Shown here in pieces: positions 6,467 to 15,960 of a stretch of 18,494 nt of DNA. Numbering within the stretch: position 1 is the stretch's first letter; each line of letters begins with the position of its first letter. This DNA is from an uncultured Spirochaetota bacterium (GTDB lineage Bacteria; Spirochaetota; Spirochaetia; SZUA-6; Fen-1364). The stretch covers positions 1 through 18,494 of the forward strand of contig CAVUXE010000071.1 of assembly GCA_963745235.1 (NCBI GenBank), written 5' to 3'. The notes below the pieces were generated by a model. It had not been told where the DNA came from. It searched no databases and was given only the letters and a program-made list of their open reading frames with translations. The translations under genes were made by a program, and so were the position numbers.

Positions 6467-6748
6467 ATGGCAAAGACACAGAGACGCGCAACAAAAAAGA
6501 GGGTAGCTGCGTCGCCGGCGCACACTCAGAAGAAAGCAATTCCGGCTAACAAGGTAACAGGGACCGTGTTGAAGATTGTAAACGGCAAACCGACCGACCA
6601 GAAGCTGACCGCTGAAAAAGCTTTCAGCGATATTGAACAGGCACGTGCGCAAGTGTTGTACGTTGAGAAACATGGGTCAAGAGAAGAGAAGCGCCTTGTT
6701 CGCCTGGCCTTCCGCCAATATCAGGGCATGCGATTTCGCGGAAAGTAG
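6467..6748 (+). CDS. small basic hypothetical protein (intact copy of the duplicated gene)
   Basis: MAKTQRRATKK.. (93 aa). Coding is supported by protein-level conservation, with many synonymous differences, against the paralogue at 1820-2001. Confidence 0.7.
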   Translation: MAKTQRRATKKRVAASPAHTQKKAIPANKVTGTVLKIVNGKPTDQKLTAEKAFSDIEQARAQVLYVEKHGSREEKRLVRLAFRQYQGMRFRGK

Positions 6749-6964
6749 CTTCGACTGGTTCATCTACCACAAAGCCGAGCAAAGAATCTCGCAGTAGCCG
6801 GAACACAGTAATTACTCCAAAACGTGGTAGAATTGTATACAGGCCAGGCGAGCTCTCGAGAACACACGAGCAGAACGCCGTTCCGCTCGCTGTCCGGGAC
6901 CTCTGATAGAAAATTGCGATCTGTTGCGCGGTTTCATCCTGCCTGACCAGGGAGGAGGACCGAC

Positions 6965-7192
6965 ATGCTAACAGAGTTCAAAGGCATCTTCCGCGATCGC
7001 ATCCAAGGCGAAAAAGAGTACCGCATTACAGAAAAGGCGCTGGAAAACGGGAGCTTTGAGTACACCGTTTTCTGCCCTTTCGGGAACCGATCCACGACGA
7101 TCCAATCGCGTGTGAAACGTGAGCAGGTCGAATGCAACGGTTGCCTGAGAGTCTACATGATTTATCGCCCCCAGCTCGTCGTAGCCGCATGA
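6965..7192 (+). CDS. small hypothetical protein with Cys motifs
   Basis: 75 aa with a strong GGAGGAGG RBS and FCPF..ECNGC. Confidence 0.65.
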   Translation: MLTEFKGIFRDRIQGEKEYRITEKALENGSFEYTVFCPFGNRSTTIQSRVKREQVECNGCLRVYMIYRPQLVVAA

Positions 7193-7472
7193 GGTTGGCT
7201 ACGCGCGTCAATTGGTCTCTCGGTGGGAGCGCTCTTGCCACCTGATCCCTCTCCGGCAAGAGTGCCATAATAAAACGCCCTCCACTCACAAGGGCAGGAG
7301 AGCGGCATAGGGCTGCCACATAGCTTACATTGACCGAGCTCCCGATCAGTGCCGATAGCGAACGACGATTATTTCGTCGCGATCGGACAACACTATGGTC
7401 CTGCCAGGCACGCCCACTGTCTTGGGAACATAGCCGTAGAGGAAAAAGGAACATGCAGATTTTGCGTACGAG

Positions 7473-7763
7473 TTGTTCCTCGCTACCGGATTCCGTAAGG
7501 GGAATTCTAGCGCTGGAAATGGATTGAGCCAATTCAAGGCGAAAGACATTTTTCGAGCCTCGGGGCTATCCCTCCTTGGAGTCAGCAACTATCATGTCAA
7601 GAAGGATCTTTCCAAGATTGCCGATGGAGAAAAGCTTTCTCTCATTCTCCTGGTACGCCGCGAGGGGGAGAGGGTCGTCATCGCTGATGGCTATCACAGG
7701 ATGTGCGCGGTCTATTCGCAGGATGAAGACTCCTTGATCCCTTGCAAGATTGTCTCTACCTGA
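7473..7763 (+). pseudogene. ParB/Srx-like nuclease-fold protein, probably 5'-truncated
   Basis: LSLILLVRREGERVVIADGYHRMCAV matches the ParB_N/Srx motif (P-I-x-V..I-x-DGxHR). There is no convincing ATG or RBS, and the family-like sequence starts at about 7527 (SQFKAKDIFRASGL). Confidence 0.6.
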
Positions 7764-7769
7764 GTGAGT

Positions 7770-8558
7770 TCACGACTCCATCGCGGGCTCCTTCAGCGCC
7801 TCGCCGCTACTGATCAGCTCCGAGAGGCTCTTCACGAATCGAGCAGCGGGAGCTCCATCGACTATCTCGTGGTCAAACGATACTGTCAAACAAAGATGTT
7901 CTCGCATCTCGGGGCGGTTCTCGATCAACACAAGCCGCTCGACGATGCTGCCCACTGTGACAAGCACCGTTGTCCCGCCGACTGGGACAAACCAAAGTGC
8001 CCTATTGCCAAACATGCCAACTGCTGTGACGCTTACGGCCCCAAACCGTCCCATCATCGACATGGCGTGGGAGGCAATACGGATGAAAGTGCGGAGAAGG
8101 AAACTCGGAACGAATCTAATCCACTCCATCCCCGAAAGGCTGCCATAATCTCCCCCGTAGCTGAGCTGCGCAGCCCTGATCTCCTCATGAATCTGGCGAT
8201 ATGTCTTTGACTGCGTTGCACGGACTCCAATAGGCTCGGGAACCTTTTCGCCGTCGATTTCTCGCTCAACGAAAGTACCTATCGTCAAATCACTCAGCAA
8301 GATCAGCTTCCTTCCCCTGCGAAAGGAGTTCAACTCAGGGTATTCGGCCAAGGCACGGGCCAGGCAAGCGATGACGTATGCGGTAAGAGATAGCGTTTCC
8401 CCCGTTCGCTGCTTGTGCTCTAGCATGATCCGCCTCGGTTCGCTGATGTCGACTTCGGTGACCGCATGGATCGTGGCTCGCTCGCTGGCAACAGCGGCTG
8501 CCGCCGCGGCCACCCGCCTTTTCGCGGGGAAAGGCACAGCTCTATGTCCCACCCTCAT
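7770..8558 (-). CDS. stand-alone 2-oxoacid dehydrogenase E2-like acyltransferase catalytic domain (CAT-like fold)
   Basis: LARALAEYPELNS and LTVSFDHEIVDGAPAARF (DHxxxDG motif). No lipoyl or E3-binding domain. GGAGGG RBS. Confidence 0.88.
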   Translation of the reverse strand: MRVGHRAVPFPAKRRVAAAAAAVASERATIHAVTEVDISEPRRIMLEHKQRTGETLSLTAYVIACLARALAEYPELNSFRRGRKLILLSDLTIGTFVEREIDGEKVPEPIGVRATQSKTYRQIHEEIRAAQLSYGGDYGSLSGMEWIRFVPSFLLRTFIRIASHAMSMMGRFGAVSVTAVGMFGNRALWFVPVGGTTVLVTVGSIVERLVLIENRPEMREHLCLTVSFDHEIVDGAPAARFVKSLSELISSGEALKEPAMES

Positions 8559-8666
8559 CCCTCCGCGCTCCTGCTTCGACCTTGAGCGAAAATTACTTGT
8601 TCGCGATGGTCAAATAAAGCACTGCTAAGGTTATGGGAGCCAGAAAAGTCAACGACCACTTGGACT

Positions 8667-9194
8667 TCACTCCGCCGGAGTGGACTCTTCCCAAAGTCGT
8701 TTCCATTCGCGTGAAAACGCCTTCGCAACATCGGGTACGTTCCACAACACAATGGCGTTCTCGGCGTTGTGCTTGATGGCCGCTGTAGTGAAGTTGAAGG
8801 ATCCTGTTTCCAAGTCCACCTCATCAACGACGATGAACTTGTGATGGAAGATCGCGTAGTGCTGGTCCAGGCGAACAGGGATACCTGCCCGAACCAAGGC
8901 CTCGATCTCCGAGTACTTGTCGTGTGAGGCCTTCCAATCTGCTACCACCCAGACTTTGACGTCGCGTTGCGCCGCTGCTTCAAGAGCTTTAGTGATGTCG
9001 ACCGAGGTGAACTCATAACATGCCATTAGGATTTCGGAATGTGCGGCGTCGATGGCTTTCTCGACCACTGCCAGGGCTGTCCCGCCTGGAGAGAAGCCGA
9101 TATCGACGGACGCAGCAGACGGCAGGGGCTCCTGTGCGTAGAGAGATAGGAGGCTCGTCCACAATATAGCGAATGTCGCAAGGAAGTGCTTCAT
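8667..9194 (-). CDS. exported phospholipase D-family endonuclease (Nuc-like)
   Basis: The start is reassigned to the ATG at 9194 (AAGGA RBS). Signal peptide MKHFLATFAILWTSLLSLYA, then GFSPGG and a single HKD motif HHKFIVVD..ETGSFNFT..NAEN. Confidence 0.88.
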   Translation of the reverse strand: MKHFLATFAILWTSLLSLYAQEPLPSAASVDIGFSPGGTALAVVEKAIDAAHSEILMACYEFTSVDITKALEAAAQRDVKVWVVADWKASHDKYSEIEALVRAGIPVRLDQHYAIFHHKFIVVDEVDLETGSFNFTTAAIKHNAENAIVLWNVPDVAKAFSREWKRLWEESTPAE

Positions 9195-9674
9195 GTAGGC
9201 ATAATCCTTGAGAGGAGGCCATAGCGCAAGAGGCCGCAAATGCAAACGCTGTCTGGTGGGGAGACGTAGTAGTCTACCGTTCTTTTGTTTCAATAAACTC
9301 GGCCCGCTTTTGTTTTCAGAAGATCGCTCGGTGTCCGTTTGAGGATGACGGCAGGCAGGGTGCGACATTCACATCGGGCCCGGCCAGCCACCATGGATGC
9401 ATTCATTCCTGCACCACTTTTCCACCACCCTAGATACTTCCACTCTGCCCACTATCGGCGCATTCCGGACGAGTGCACGGAAATCCTTTCCTCCTGGCAA
9501 GCTAACGGGGAATAGGTCTCATCACTGAGGAGATTGCATGGATTTGTCTGCTAAGTTGGTTATAGCCAATGCTTACTCAAAGAGTCTGGTAAGATCCTTG
9601 TACTGCCAAGCCAAACGACGCGCGTGGTGGGCCGTGCGAGGTTTTCTGCGGACCTGCCGTGTGTTTCCACGGGG

Positions 9675-10679
9675 TCAAGTCCCGGTGAATAGATCCCGCG
9701 GCCGGCCAGGGTAGGGGACGTGAAGCGCCTTCGCAGCCTTGCGCTTTGCTTCTTCGCCTCGCCTGTCATACTTTGCAGTGGTCAGCACACTCGCGTGTCC
9801 AGCCATCTTTGAAACCGTGGTTACGTCGACTCCTGCATCAAGCAGGTCCGAGACGAAAGACCGCCTCAGGTCGTGTGGGGAGACGTCCGTCACCCCCGCC
9901 ATCTTCGAGCGCTTCTCGATGAGACGCCACACCGCGTCATCGGTCATCCCCTGATGAACCAGACGCCCGCCCTTGCGAGCCTGCCAAAAGAGCCCTCCGG
10001 GCTCCTTCCCGCGGATCTCCATGTAGTCGCGTAGCGCATCACGCGCGCCGTTGTCCAGATAGACAACTCGCTCGCGTCCGCCCTTGGCGTGTCGGACTTT
10101 CACGACGATGGTCTCCCCATCGATCTTTGCGTCCTCGATGTCCAGGGCGGCAATCTCCGCACGGCGCAGGCCGGCCCCGTAGCCGAGAGCAAGCACCGCT
10201 GCGTCTCTGTAGCCTGATGGAGTGCCGTCGACGCAGGCCATGAGTAGAGCTCGTAGCTCCCCAGAAGACAGCCCGCGCCCTGCAGGCACAGAAGACCCTG
10301 AAACAGACTTGATGTCGCGCACGCGCTCGAGCTCCTCGCTAGGAAATTGACCCAGGCGCCAAGCTTCCCGGAGCGTTCCCTTGATTGCTGCCAAGTAGCG
10401 GTTTGCCGTTGCTGGCTTGAAGGTCTCAGCGAGCCACTGCCTTAAGGCGACCAAGTGCTCGTAGCGAAGGCTGGCCCACGGCATGGAGCGTGCATCTTTG
10501 GCGCCGAGCTTGCGTGCGACGATGTCCAGGGATCCCGCCATTACAACGCGCCCGGAGGGCTTGAGGCTGGCCAAATACACCAGAGCGGGGTTTGAGCCGC
10601 TTGGCGGGCGCCCAACGCTCGCAGGCGTGGCTTTTCCAGGGGATGGTGAAATAACGGGCAGGCCTGGGATCACCGACAT
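9675..10679 (-). CDS. tyrosine recombinase / site-specific integrase (XerC/D-like)
   Basis: 334 aa with a complete catalytic set: GLRRAEI (R), HAKGG (K), PHDLRRS (HxxR), MAGH and TTAKY (Y). The N-terminal SAM-like region reads KPATANRYLAAIKG. Confidence 0.93.
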   Translation of the reverse strand: MSVIPGLPVISPSPGKATPASVGRPPSGSNPALVYLASLKPSGRVVMAGSLDIVARKLGAKDARSMPWASLRYEHLVALRQWLAETFKPATANRYLAAIKGTLREAWRLGQFPSEELERVRDIKSVSGSSVPAGRGLSSGELRALLMACVDGTPSGYRDAAVLALGYGAGLRRAEIAALDIEDAKIDGETIVVKVRHAKGGRERVVYLDNGARDALRDYMEIRGKEPGGLFWQARKGGRLVHQGMTDDAVWRLIEKRSKMAGVTDVSPHDLRRSFVSDLLDAGVDVTTVSKMAGHASVLTTAKYDRRGEEAKRKAAKALHVPYPGRPRDLFTGT

Positions 10680-11221
10680 TGTGTCTTTAATATCGGTTTA
10701 GGGGTCGGGAGGCGGTAATTTTCTGATTGGCTCCCCTTTCGCCTTAAAATGGCAGTTCTAATGCGCTATTTTAGCCCATTCTTGGCCATCGGGAAAGGCT
10801 GCAAAGGCACAATGTGCGCGATTGGCCGCAAAGGGAACTGCCAGGGCTTGCCAGCAATCAGCCGGGGTCAATCATGCGGCAGGTCACCGAATCGTTCGTC
10901 TACGGTCCGCTACGCAAGCCGTTTGACGGGCAAAAAGAGCGACTTATGAAACTTTTCACTTCTCCTTTAATAACCCATTATCCAAAACAGACACTAAGCC
11001 GTACAACGCGTATTGCCAGCGTCCCGCGACAAAAAGTCGATAGTCGATGAAGTCGCCAGGGCCTATGCCCAGGGGCTGCCGAGCCCTCGGCCCGATTTTG
11101 GAGGTCCACTGGCACGATTTGGGACGAACAAAGGTTTGTCGATTGCTGACATTTCTGATCATATTAGACGGTAGTTGGACTACCGCTCCGTTGTCAGTCA
11201 GCAAACATGGGGAGAGGTGAA

Positions 11222-12376
11222 ATGGAAACTGTGGACCTCGTTGGTCAAATTTATGAAAGTATCGGCGATTCCGAAGCGCTTGAGAAAACTCTCATTCAGA
11301 TAGCGCAATTTGCAGACAGTCGCGCCACACAACTCGGTGTTATTGACAAAATGGGAAACTGGCCCATTGCCATGATGGTGGGCATGGATCCTAATGTTTT
11401 GCAAGCATACATCAAACAATACGCAGTCGATGATCCGCGCATGGTCTTTTCCAGGCGAAATCCTGGCCGGTTGGTTGCTTGCCACCAAATTCTGAATGAT
11501 CCTGTTGCGTTCGATAGTTCTTCTCTCGTAAATGATCTCCTGGAGAAGGCTGAGGCACGCTTTGCAATGGCGGCTATGCTTCCTATCGACCCAAACCATT
11601 CTGCGATTCTCTGTATGATGCGCGCCCGGCGCGACGGGCAATACAGCGACGATCAGCTCAGTCGTGTCGCCCGTCTCCTTCCGCACGTTCGGCGAGCCCT
11701 CGGCCACCACATCCGCCTGGGGCGATTGGAGTCTCAGCTAACCTCAATAAGTGCCTTGGTTGATCGCCTCGTCGCGCCGGTGTTGTTGGTCGACAGAACC
11801 GGCCTGTTGCGCTACACTAATTCCAGCGGCCAGGAGGCCTTGCGACGGGCTGACTTCTTGGTGCTTCGGACCGGACGCGTCCAACCGCGCAGTGTGAAAC
11901 AAGAACGTCATTTCACTGACGTACTAGCCGCGGCACTGTCGGATGACGTATCTACTGCGGCTACCGAGCTAAGTTCCTCTATCCGCCTTCTTGACGGCGA
12001 AGGTCATGCAGCGGTACTCATCGTTCAGGCATTGCGCGGCCAAGCGAATCTTTCTGGCATGCCGCAAGCCCATGCGGTCCTGTTCTTGATCCGTGCCGAC
12101 GAAAAACCGTCCGTCAATACTACTCGTCTACAAATGGTTTTTGGACTTACACCGGCAGAAACGCGGCTGGCCGAGCACCTGGTGAGCGGGAAAGATCTTA
12201 GGCAGATTGGCGAAGAGCTGAAAGTGAGCCGCGAGACCCTGAAGTCTCAACTCCGATCCTTGTTCACCAAGACAGACACCCGACGGCAAGGCGAGCTGAT
12301 CGCACGCCTCCTTTCTTCTATCTTGGTTTCCATAACTCCTGCTCACAATTCCACACAGCCGCGAAGGTTCACATGA
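11222..12376 (+). CDS. LuxR-type HTH regulator with N-terminal sensory and PAS-like domains (copy 1)
   Basis: ATG at 11222 follows GGAGAGG (alternative start 11207). Motifs: LLPHVRRAL, PVLLVDRTGLLRYTN and C-terminal FGLTPAETRLAEHL..VSRETLKSQLRSLFTKTDTRRQGELI. Confidence 0.9.
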   Translation: METVDLVGQIYESIGDSEALEKTLIQIAQFADSRATQLGVIDKMGNWPIAMMVGMDPNVLQAYIKQYAVDDPRMVFSRRNPGRLVACHQILNDPVAFDSSSLVNDLLEKAEARFAMAAMLPIDPNHSAILCMMRARRDGQYSDDQLSRVARLLPHVRRALGHHIRLGRLESQLTSISALVDRLVAPVLLVDRTGLLRYTNSSGQEALRRADFLVLRTGRVQPRSVKQERHFTDVLAAALSDDVSTAATELSSSIRLLDGEGHAAVLIVQALRGQANLSGMPQAHAVLFLIRADEKPSVNTTRLQMVFGLTPAETRLAEHLVSGKDLRQIGEELKVSRETLKSQLRSLFTKTDTRRQGELIARLLSSILVSITPAHNSTQPRRFT

Positions 12377-13488
12377 CCGATTCGAGTAAGCTAATAAGCG
12401 AAATCTACGAAAGTGTTGGCGATCCGCCCGCAATGGCCGAGACAGTTAAGAAGCTTGTAGTCTCCAATGAGAGCATCTCCGCGCAATATGGCTTTCTTGA
12501 TCTGGAAGGGCACTGGCTTCAGGCAACTGTCGTCGGCGTGGATCCGTTCGGACTAAACGTATACCTGAAATACCACGTGGAAGACGACCCGCGGCGTCAC
12601 TTCGCCCTGAAACACCTGGGCAGATTCTTCAACTGTACTCAAATGGTTAGGGACATTCCCACGTTCGAACGTTCGGCTCTGGTGAACGATTTGAATAGGT
12701 TTCACGCGCGTTTCCTGCTTGGAGGATATTTCGCCGTTGGTTCCATGCGCTTGGGTTGCCTCGGCTTCTTTCGACCGCAACGGCAGGGGCAATATGACGC
12801 CAGGCTGATTGCGAGGGCCAACCGCCTCTTGCCCCATCTTCAGCGGGCCATGAGCCTTCATGTCCGGATGGGTCGCCTGCTGTTGCAGGCACGCTCACTG
12901 GAAGCCCTCGTCGATCATCTTTCGTCTCCAGTACTGCTCGTTGATCGAGCAGGAACGTTGAAGTATGCCAACGCCGCCGGCTACTCAGCTTTGAACCGGG
13001 CAGATCATCTGCTCATCGTGAACGGTAAGGTACAGCCATGTAACGCGAGACAAGCTAGGCAGTTCGCCGACCTTCTGGCGGCTGCGATTCGCTCCACAGA
13101 GGAGGGTGCGGACGAAAGCAACATGATGCGCCTTTCAGATGGCCTGGGATCCCTTACTATGCTAACGGCCTATTCCCTGCGCGGGCTGCCGGAGCTCACG
13201 GCAATGCCCCAAGCGCATGTAGTTCTGTTCTTGACCTACCCTCACGAAGAGACAACGATCAACAGCGCGTCTTTGCAGGCCCTCTTCGGCCTGACTCCGG
13301 CGGAAGCTCGGCTGGCCGAGTATCTGGTGAGAGGCAAGGATCTCAAGGAAATTGCCGAAGGGCTGAAGGTGAGCCGCGAAACTCTAAAGTCTCAGCTTCG
13401 GAACTTGTTCACCAAAACAGATACACGACGGCAAGGCGAGTTGATCGCGCGCCTCCTTTCTTCTCTCTCGGTTTCCTTGACTATCTGA
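12373..13488 (+). CDS. LuxR-type HTH regulator with sensory and PAS-like domains (copy 2)
   Basis: ATGA overlap with copy 1 and collinear similarity over its full length. HTH reads FGLTPAEARLAEYL..VSRETLKSQLRNLFTKT. Confidence 0.9.
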   Translation: MTDSSKLISEIYESVGDPPAMAETVKKLVVSNESISAQYGFLDLEGHWLQATVVGVDPFGLNVYLKYHVEDDPRRHFALKHLGRFFNCTQMVRDIPTFERSALVNDLNRFHARFLLGGYFAVGSMRLGCLGFFRPQRQGQYDARLIARANRLLPHLQRAMSLHVRMGRLLLQARSLEALVDHLSSPVLLVDRAGTLKYANAAGYSALNRADHLLIVNGKVQPCNARQARQFADLLAAAIRSTEEGADESNMMRLSDGLGSLTMLTAYSLRGLPELTAMPQAHVVLFLTYPHEETTINSASLQALFGLTPAEARLAEYLVRGKDLKEIAEGLKVSRETLKSQLRNLFTKTDTRRQGELIARLLSSLSVSLTI

Positions 13489-13577
13489 ACGCCCAGAACA
13501 GCGACCCTCACCCGTCTGGGGGATGCCGTTCGCTGACTTTCTGCCGACATTTCGCACAGCCGGAAGGCTCACTAACC

Positions 13578-14219
13578 ATGGAACACAGGAAACTTCGCCA
13601 GGGGCAGCTAAAAGCACGTATTGCTTCCCAATATCTATATGCTTTGGCCGATCGTCTTTCCACACCCGTGCTATTCGTCAACAGGGCCGGCGTATTGCGA
13701 CACGCCAATCCAGCTGGAATAGATGTGCTTAGCCGAGCACAATATCTGGCGTTCCATGGGGGGCGCGTCTCGCCGAGCGGCGGAAGGCAAGAACGACAGT
13801 TTGTGGACATGCTGGCAGCCTCACTATCTGCAGCCTCGCCCGCTGTGGCTTCGCCGACAATGCGCCTCGCTGATGGCGAAGGCCAGTCTATAATACTCGT
13901 CGCGCAGACGTTGCGCGGCCCTTCAAATCTCGACTACATCCCGCGGCGCGATGTAGTTCTGTTCCTGATTCACCCCAACGAAATGGTGCAGGTCAACACC
14001 ATTCGCCTACAGATCGTCTTTGGCTTCACGCCGGCGGAAACGCGGCTGGCCGAGCACTTAATAAGCGGCAACAGCCTCTCGGTAATTGGCGAGAAGCTGA
14101 GGGTGAGCCGTGAAACCTTAAAGTCTCAACTTCGCTCGCTTTTTCACAAGACGGAAACCCACCGCCAGGGCGAGCTGATCGCGCTCCTCCTCTCTTCCGT
14201 CGCGGTTCCAATGGAATAG
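13578..14219 (+). CDS. LuxR-type HTH regulator with PAS-like domain, lacking the N-terminal sensory domain (copy 3)
   Basis: 213 aa that aligns only to the C-terminal ~55% of copies 1 and 2 (ALADRLSTPVLFVNRAG..FGFTPAETRLAEHL..VSRETLKSQLRSLFHKT). Start uncertain. Confidence 0.82.
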   Translation: MEHRKLRQGQLKARIASQYLYALADRLSTPVLFVNRAGVLRHANPAGIDVLSRAQYLAFHGGRVSPSGGRQERQFVDMLAASLSAASPAVASPTMRLADGEGQSIILVAQTLRGPSNLDYIPRRDVVLFLIHPNEMVQVNTIRLQIVFGFTPAETRLAEHLISGNSLSVIGEKLRVSRETLKSQLRSLFHKTETHRQGELIALLLSSVAVPME

Positions 14220-14379
14220 ATTTCCCAAAACGAGTTGCTTCTGTTATCACCCGTTTGGGTGATGTCGACCAGGCGTCTAGGTGCCACATTTAGCTTGTTG
14301 TTAAGATCGGCCATCAGCTGAACGATCTCATAGGAGATCGCTGCTGTTGAAATCCCATCCGATCTCACAGGAGGATCCA

Positions 14380-14652
14380 ATGAAACGGTGGATCGTGAGT
14401 TTTACGCTTGCGATATTTATTCTAGTCGGTTCGCTGGCATTTGCTGACCTTGTACAGCACCAGTCCACTGCCTCGGTGCCTTGCACAGACAATTTTGTAT
14501 CAATATCGAGTGCCGAGGCGCAAGCTTACCGGATGGCAAGGAGCAACGTTCCAAGCAACGCCAAAAACGTTTCTTGGCCGAGTTATGCGGTCACACATAA
14601 CCCCCCTTCCGCCACGGTGGACTGTACGGTTACCTACGACCTTGATGAGTGA
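14380..14652 (+). CDS. small secreted hypothetical protein with two cysteines
   Basis: AGGAGG RBS and a Sec signal peptide MKRWIVSFTLAIFILVGSLAFA (AFA cleavage site). The mature part is 68 aa. Confidence 0.78.
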   Translation: MKRWIVSFTLAIFILVGSLAFADLVQHQSTASVPCTDNFVSISSAEAQAYRMARSNVPSNAKNVSWPSYAVTHNPPSATVDCTVTYDLDE

Positions 14653-14928
14653 TTGTAGGTAGGACTATGTCCCGCCAAGCACTTTGATGCTGGACCTGGG
14701 GAGAGCGAGGACGTACGTTGCACGGGATGTTCTTCCCAGGCCTTCTTCGACAGCGGAGGCACCCACGAACTTGCTGCCTGAGAAAAAACCGATTCCACAA
14801 GGTATAAAGGAAGCCCCCCTCGCAGAGCAACATTAGTCTTCTGGTGGCTGACGGATAAAAGGAGGATTCCGACCTTTGACTAACTTTGGCACCACGTTGT
14901 GATTTCTCTTGACGAAAGGAGATCTGAT

Positions 14929-15801
14929 ATGAGGACGGATAATTCCACGAAACTTGTGGCCGCGGTAGGGACAGCGATGCTGTTTCTTTCGGTTACCGCC
15001 TACGCAGAAGCACAAAGCATCGTATGGCGAACCGATCTGGACCTCGCCACTGCAGAGGCCACGCAAACCGGCAAGATGATGATGGTCGACGTGTATACCG
15101 ACTGGTGCCAATGGTGCAAGGTGCTGGACACCAAAACCTACACAGATGCAAAGGTTATCGTCGAGGCGCAGCAGTTTGTGTCTCTCAAGCTCAACCCTGA
15201 GAAAAGCAAGGCTGGAGCAGCCTACGTGGAGAGCTTTGGAGTTAGTGGTTATCCGACAATTCTCTTCGTTGAAGGAGATGGGACATTGGTGGGCAAGGTA
15301 GTCGGGTACCACGACGCAGTGTCGTTTGTCGATGTGATGTCAAAGACAACTGAATACCGGGAGAGGGTCAGAACAGATTCCGATGAGTTCAAATCGGGAG
15401 GCTACGCGAACTCTCGGGAGCTATTGACTATGCTTGTAGGCTTGGGGCGTACCTTCGAGGCAATAGAAGTATTTGCGGAGCTTCGCGCAGCTGTATCTCT
15501 TGCGCCCTCATTCCAGGAGACCATCGCAATCTCCATCGCACGAAGCCTTTTTGAGGATGATCAGTATGGCGACGCCCTGCAGTATTTGAAAATCGTCGAA
15601 GACTTCAACTCAAATTCGAATAGTGCGTGGCAGGCACACCTCATGCATTCGATTGCCCTGTTCTATACCCAAGGGAAGCCTGCCGGGATCGAGTATCTCG
15701 ACAAGTGGTTCGGCGATCCGAAATTATCTGGTAGCTGGAGATCACGCTACCAAGAGATAAGGGACCGTATGACTGCATCAAAGGATCCAACAAACAAATG
15801 A
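14929..15801 (+). CDS. exported thioredoxin-family protein with helical (TPR-like) C-terminus
   Basis: AAGGAG RBS, signal peptide ending AYA/AEA, VDVYTDWCQWCKVL (WCxxC) and cis-Pro motif VSGYPTILF. Confidence 0.88.
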   Translation: MRTDNSTKLVAAVGTAMLFLSVTAYAEAQSIVWRTDLDLATAEATQTGKMMMVDVYTDWCQWCKVLDTKTYTDAKVIVEAQQFVSLKLNPEKSKAGAAYVESFGVSGYPTILFVEGDGTLVGKVVGYHDAVSFVDVMSKTTEYRERVRTDSDEFKSGGYANSRELLTMLVGLGRTFEAIEVFAELRAAVSLAPSFQETIAISIARSLFEDDQYGDALQYLKIVEDFNSNSNSAWQAHLMHSIALFYTQGKPAGIEYLDKWFGDPKLSGSWRSRYQEIRDRMTASKDPTNK

Positions 15802-15874
15802 GCAAATGACACGCTACGCACAATCAACCGCCGCATTGTGTACGGTGCAAGCGACAGGGCTCATCAAAATATGG

Positions 15875-15917
15875 AAAAAGCAAGCGGCACGTGAGGTCTC
15901 CGCGCTCGCGTGCCGCT
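15875..15917 (-). terminator. probable intrinsic terminator of the mcp gene
   Basis: 13-bp inverted repeat AGCGGCACGTGAG (15883-15895) / CTCGCGTGCCGCT (15905-15917) with one mismatch, followed on the minus strand by TGCTTTTT. It lies between convergent genes. Confidence 0.65.
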
Positions 15918-15960
15918 CATTCGCTCAGTCTCTCAAAGAATCTTCAACGCCGCCCGACCG

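Noticed and set aside
9195-9368. 58-aa N-terminal extension of the PLD nuclease ORF
   Set aside because: The signal peptide and RBS point to the ATG at 9194.
9664-9690. tRNA T-arm-like CGGG-GTCAAGT-CCCG at the integrase stop as a possible attachment-site remnant
   Set aside because: The loop lacks the TTC, no acceptor stem or CCA follows, and there is no second copy in the window.
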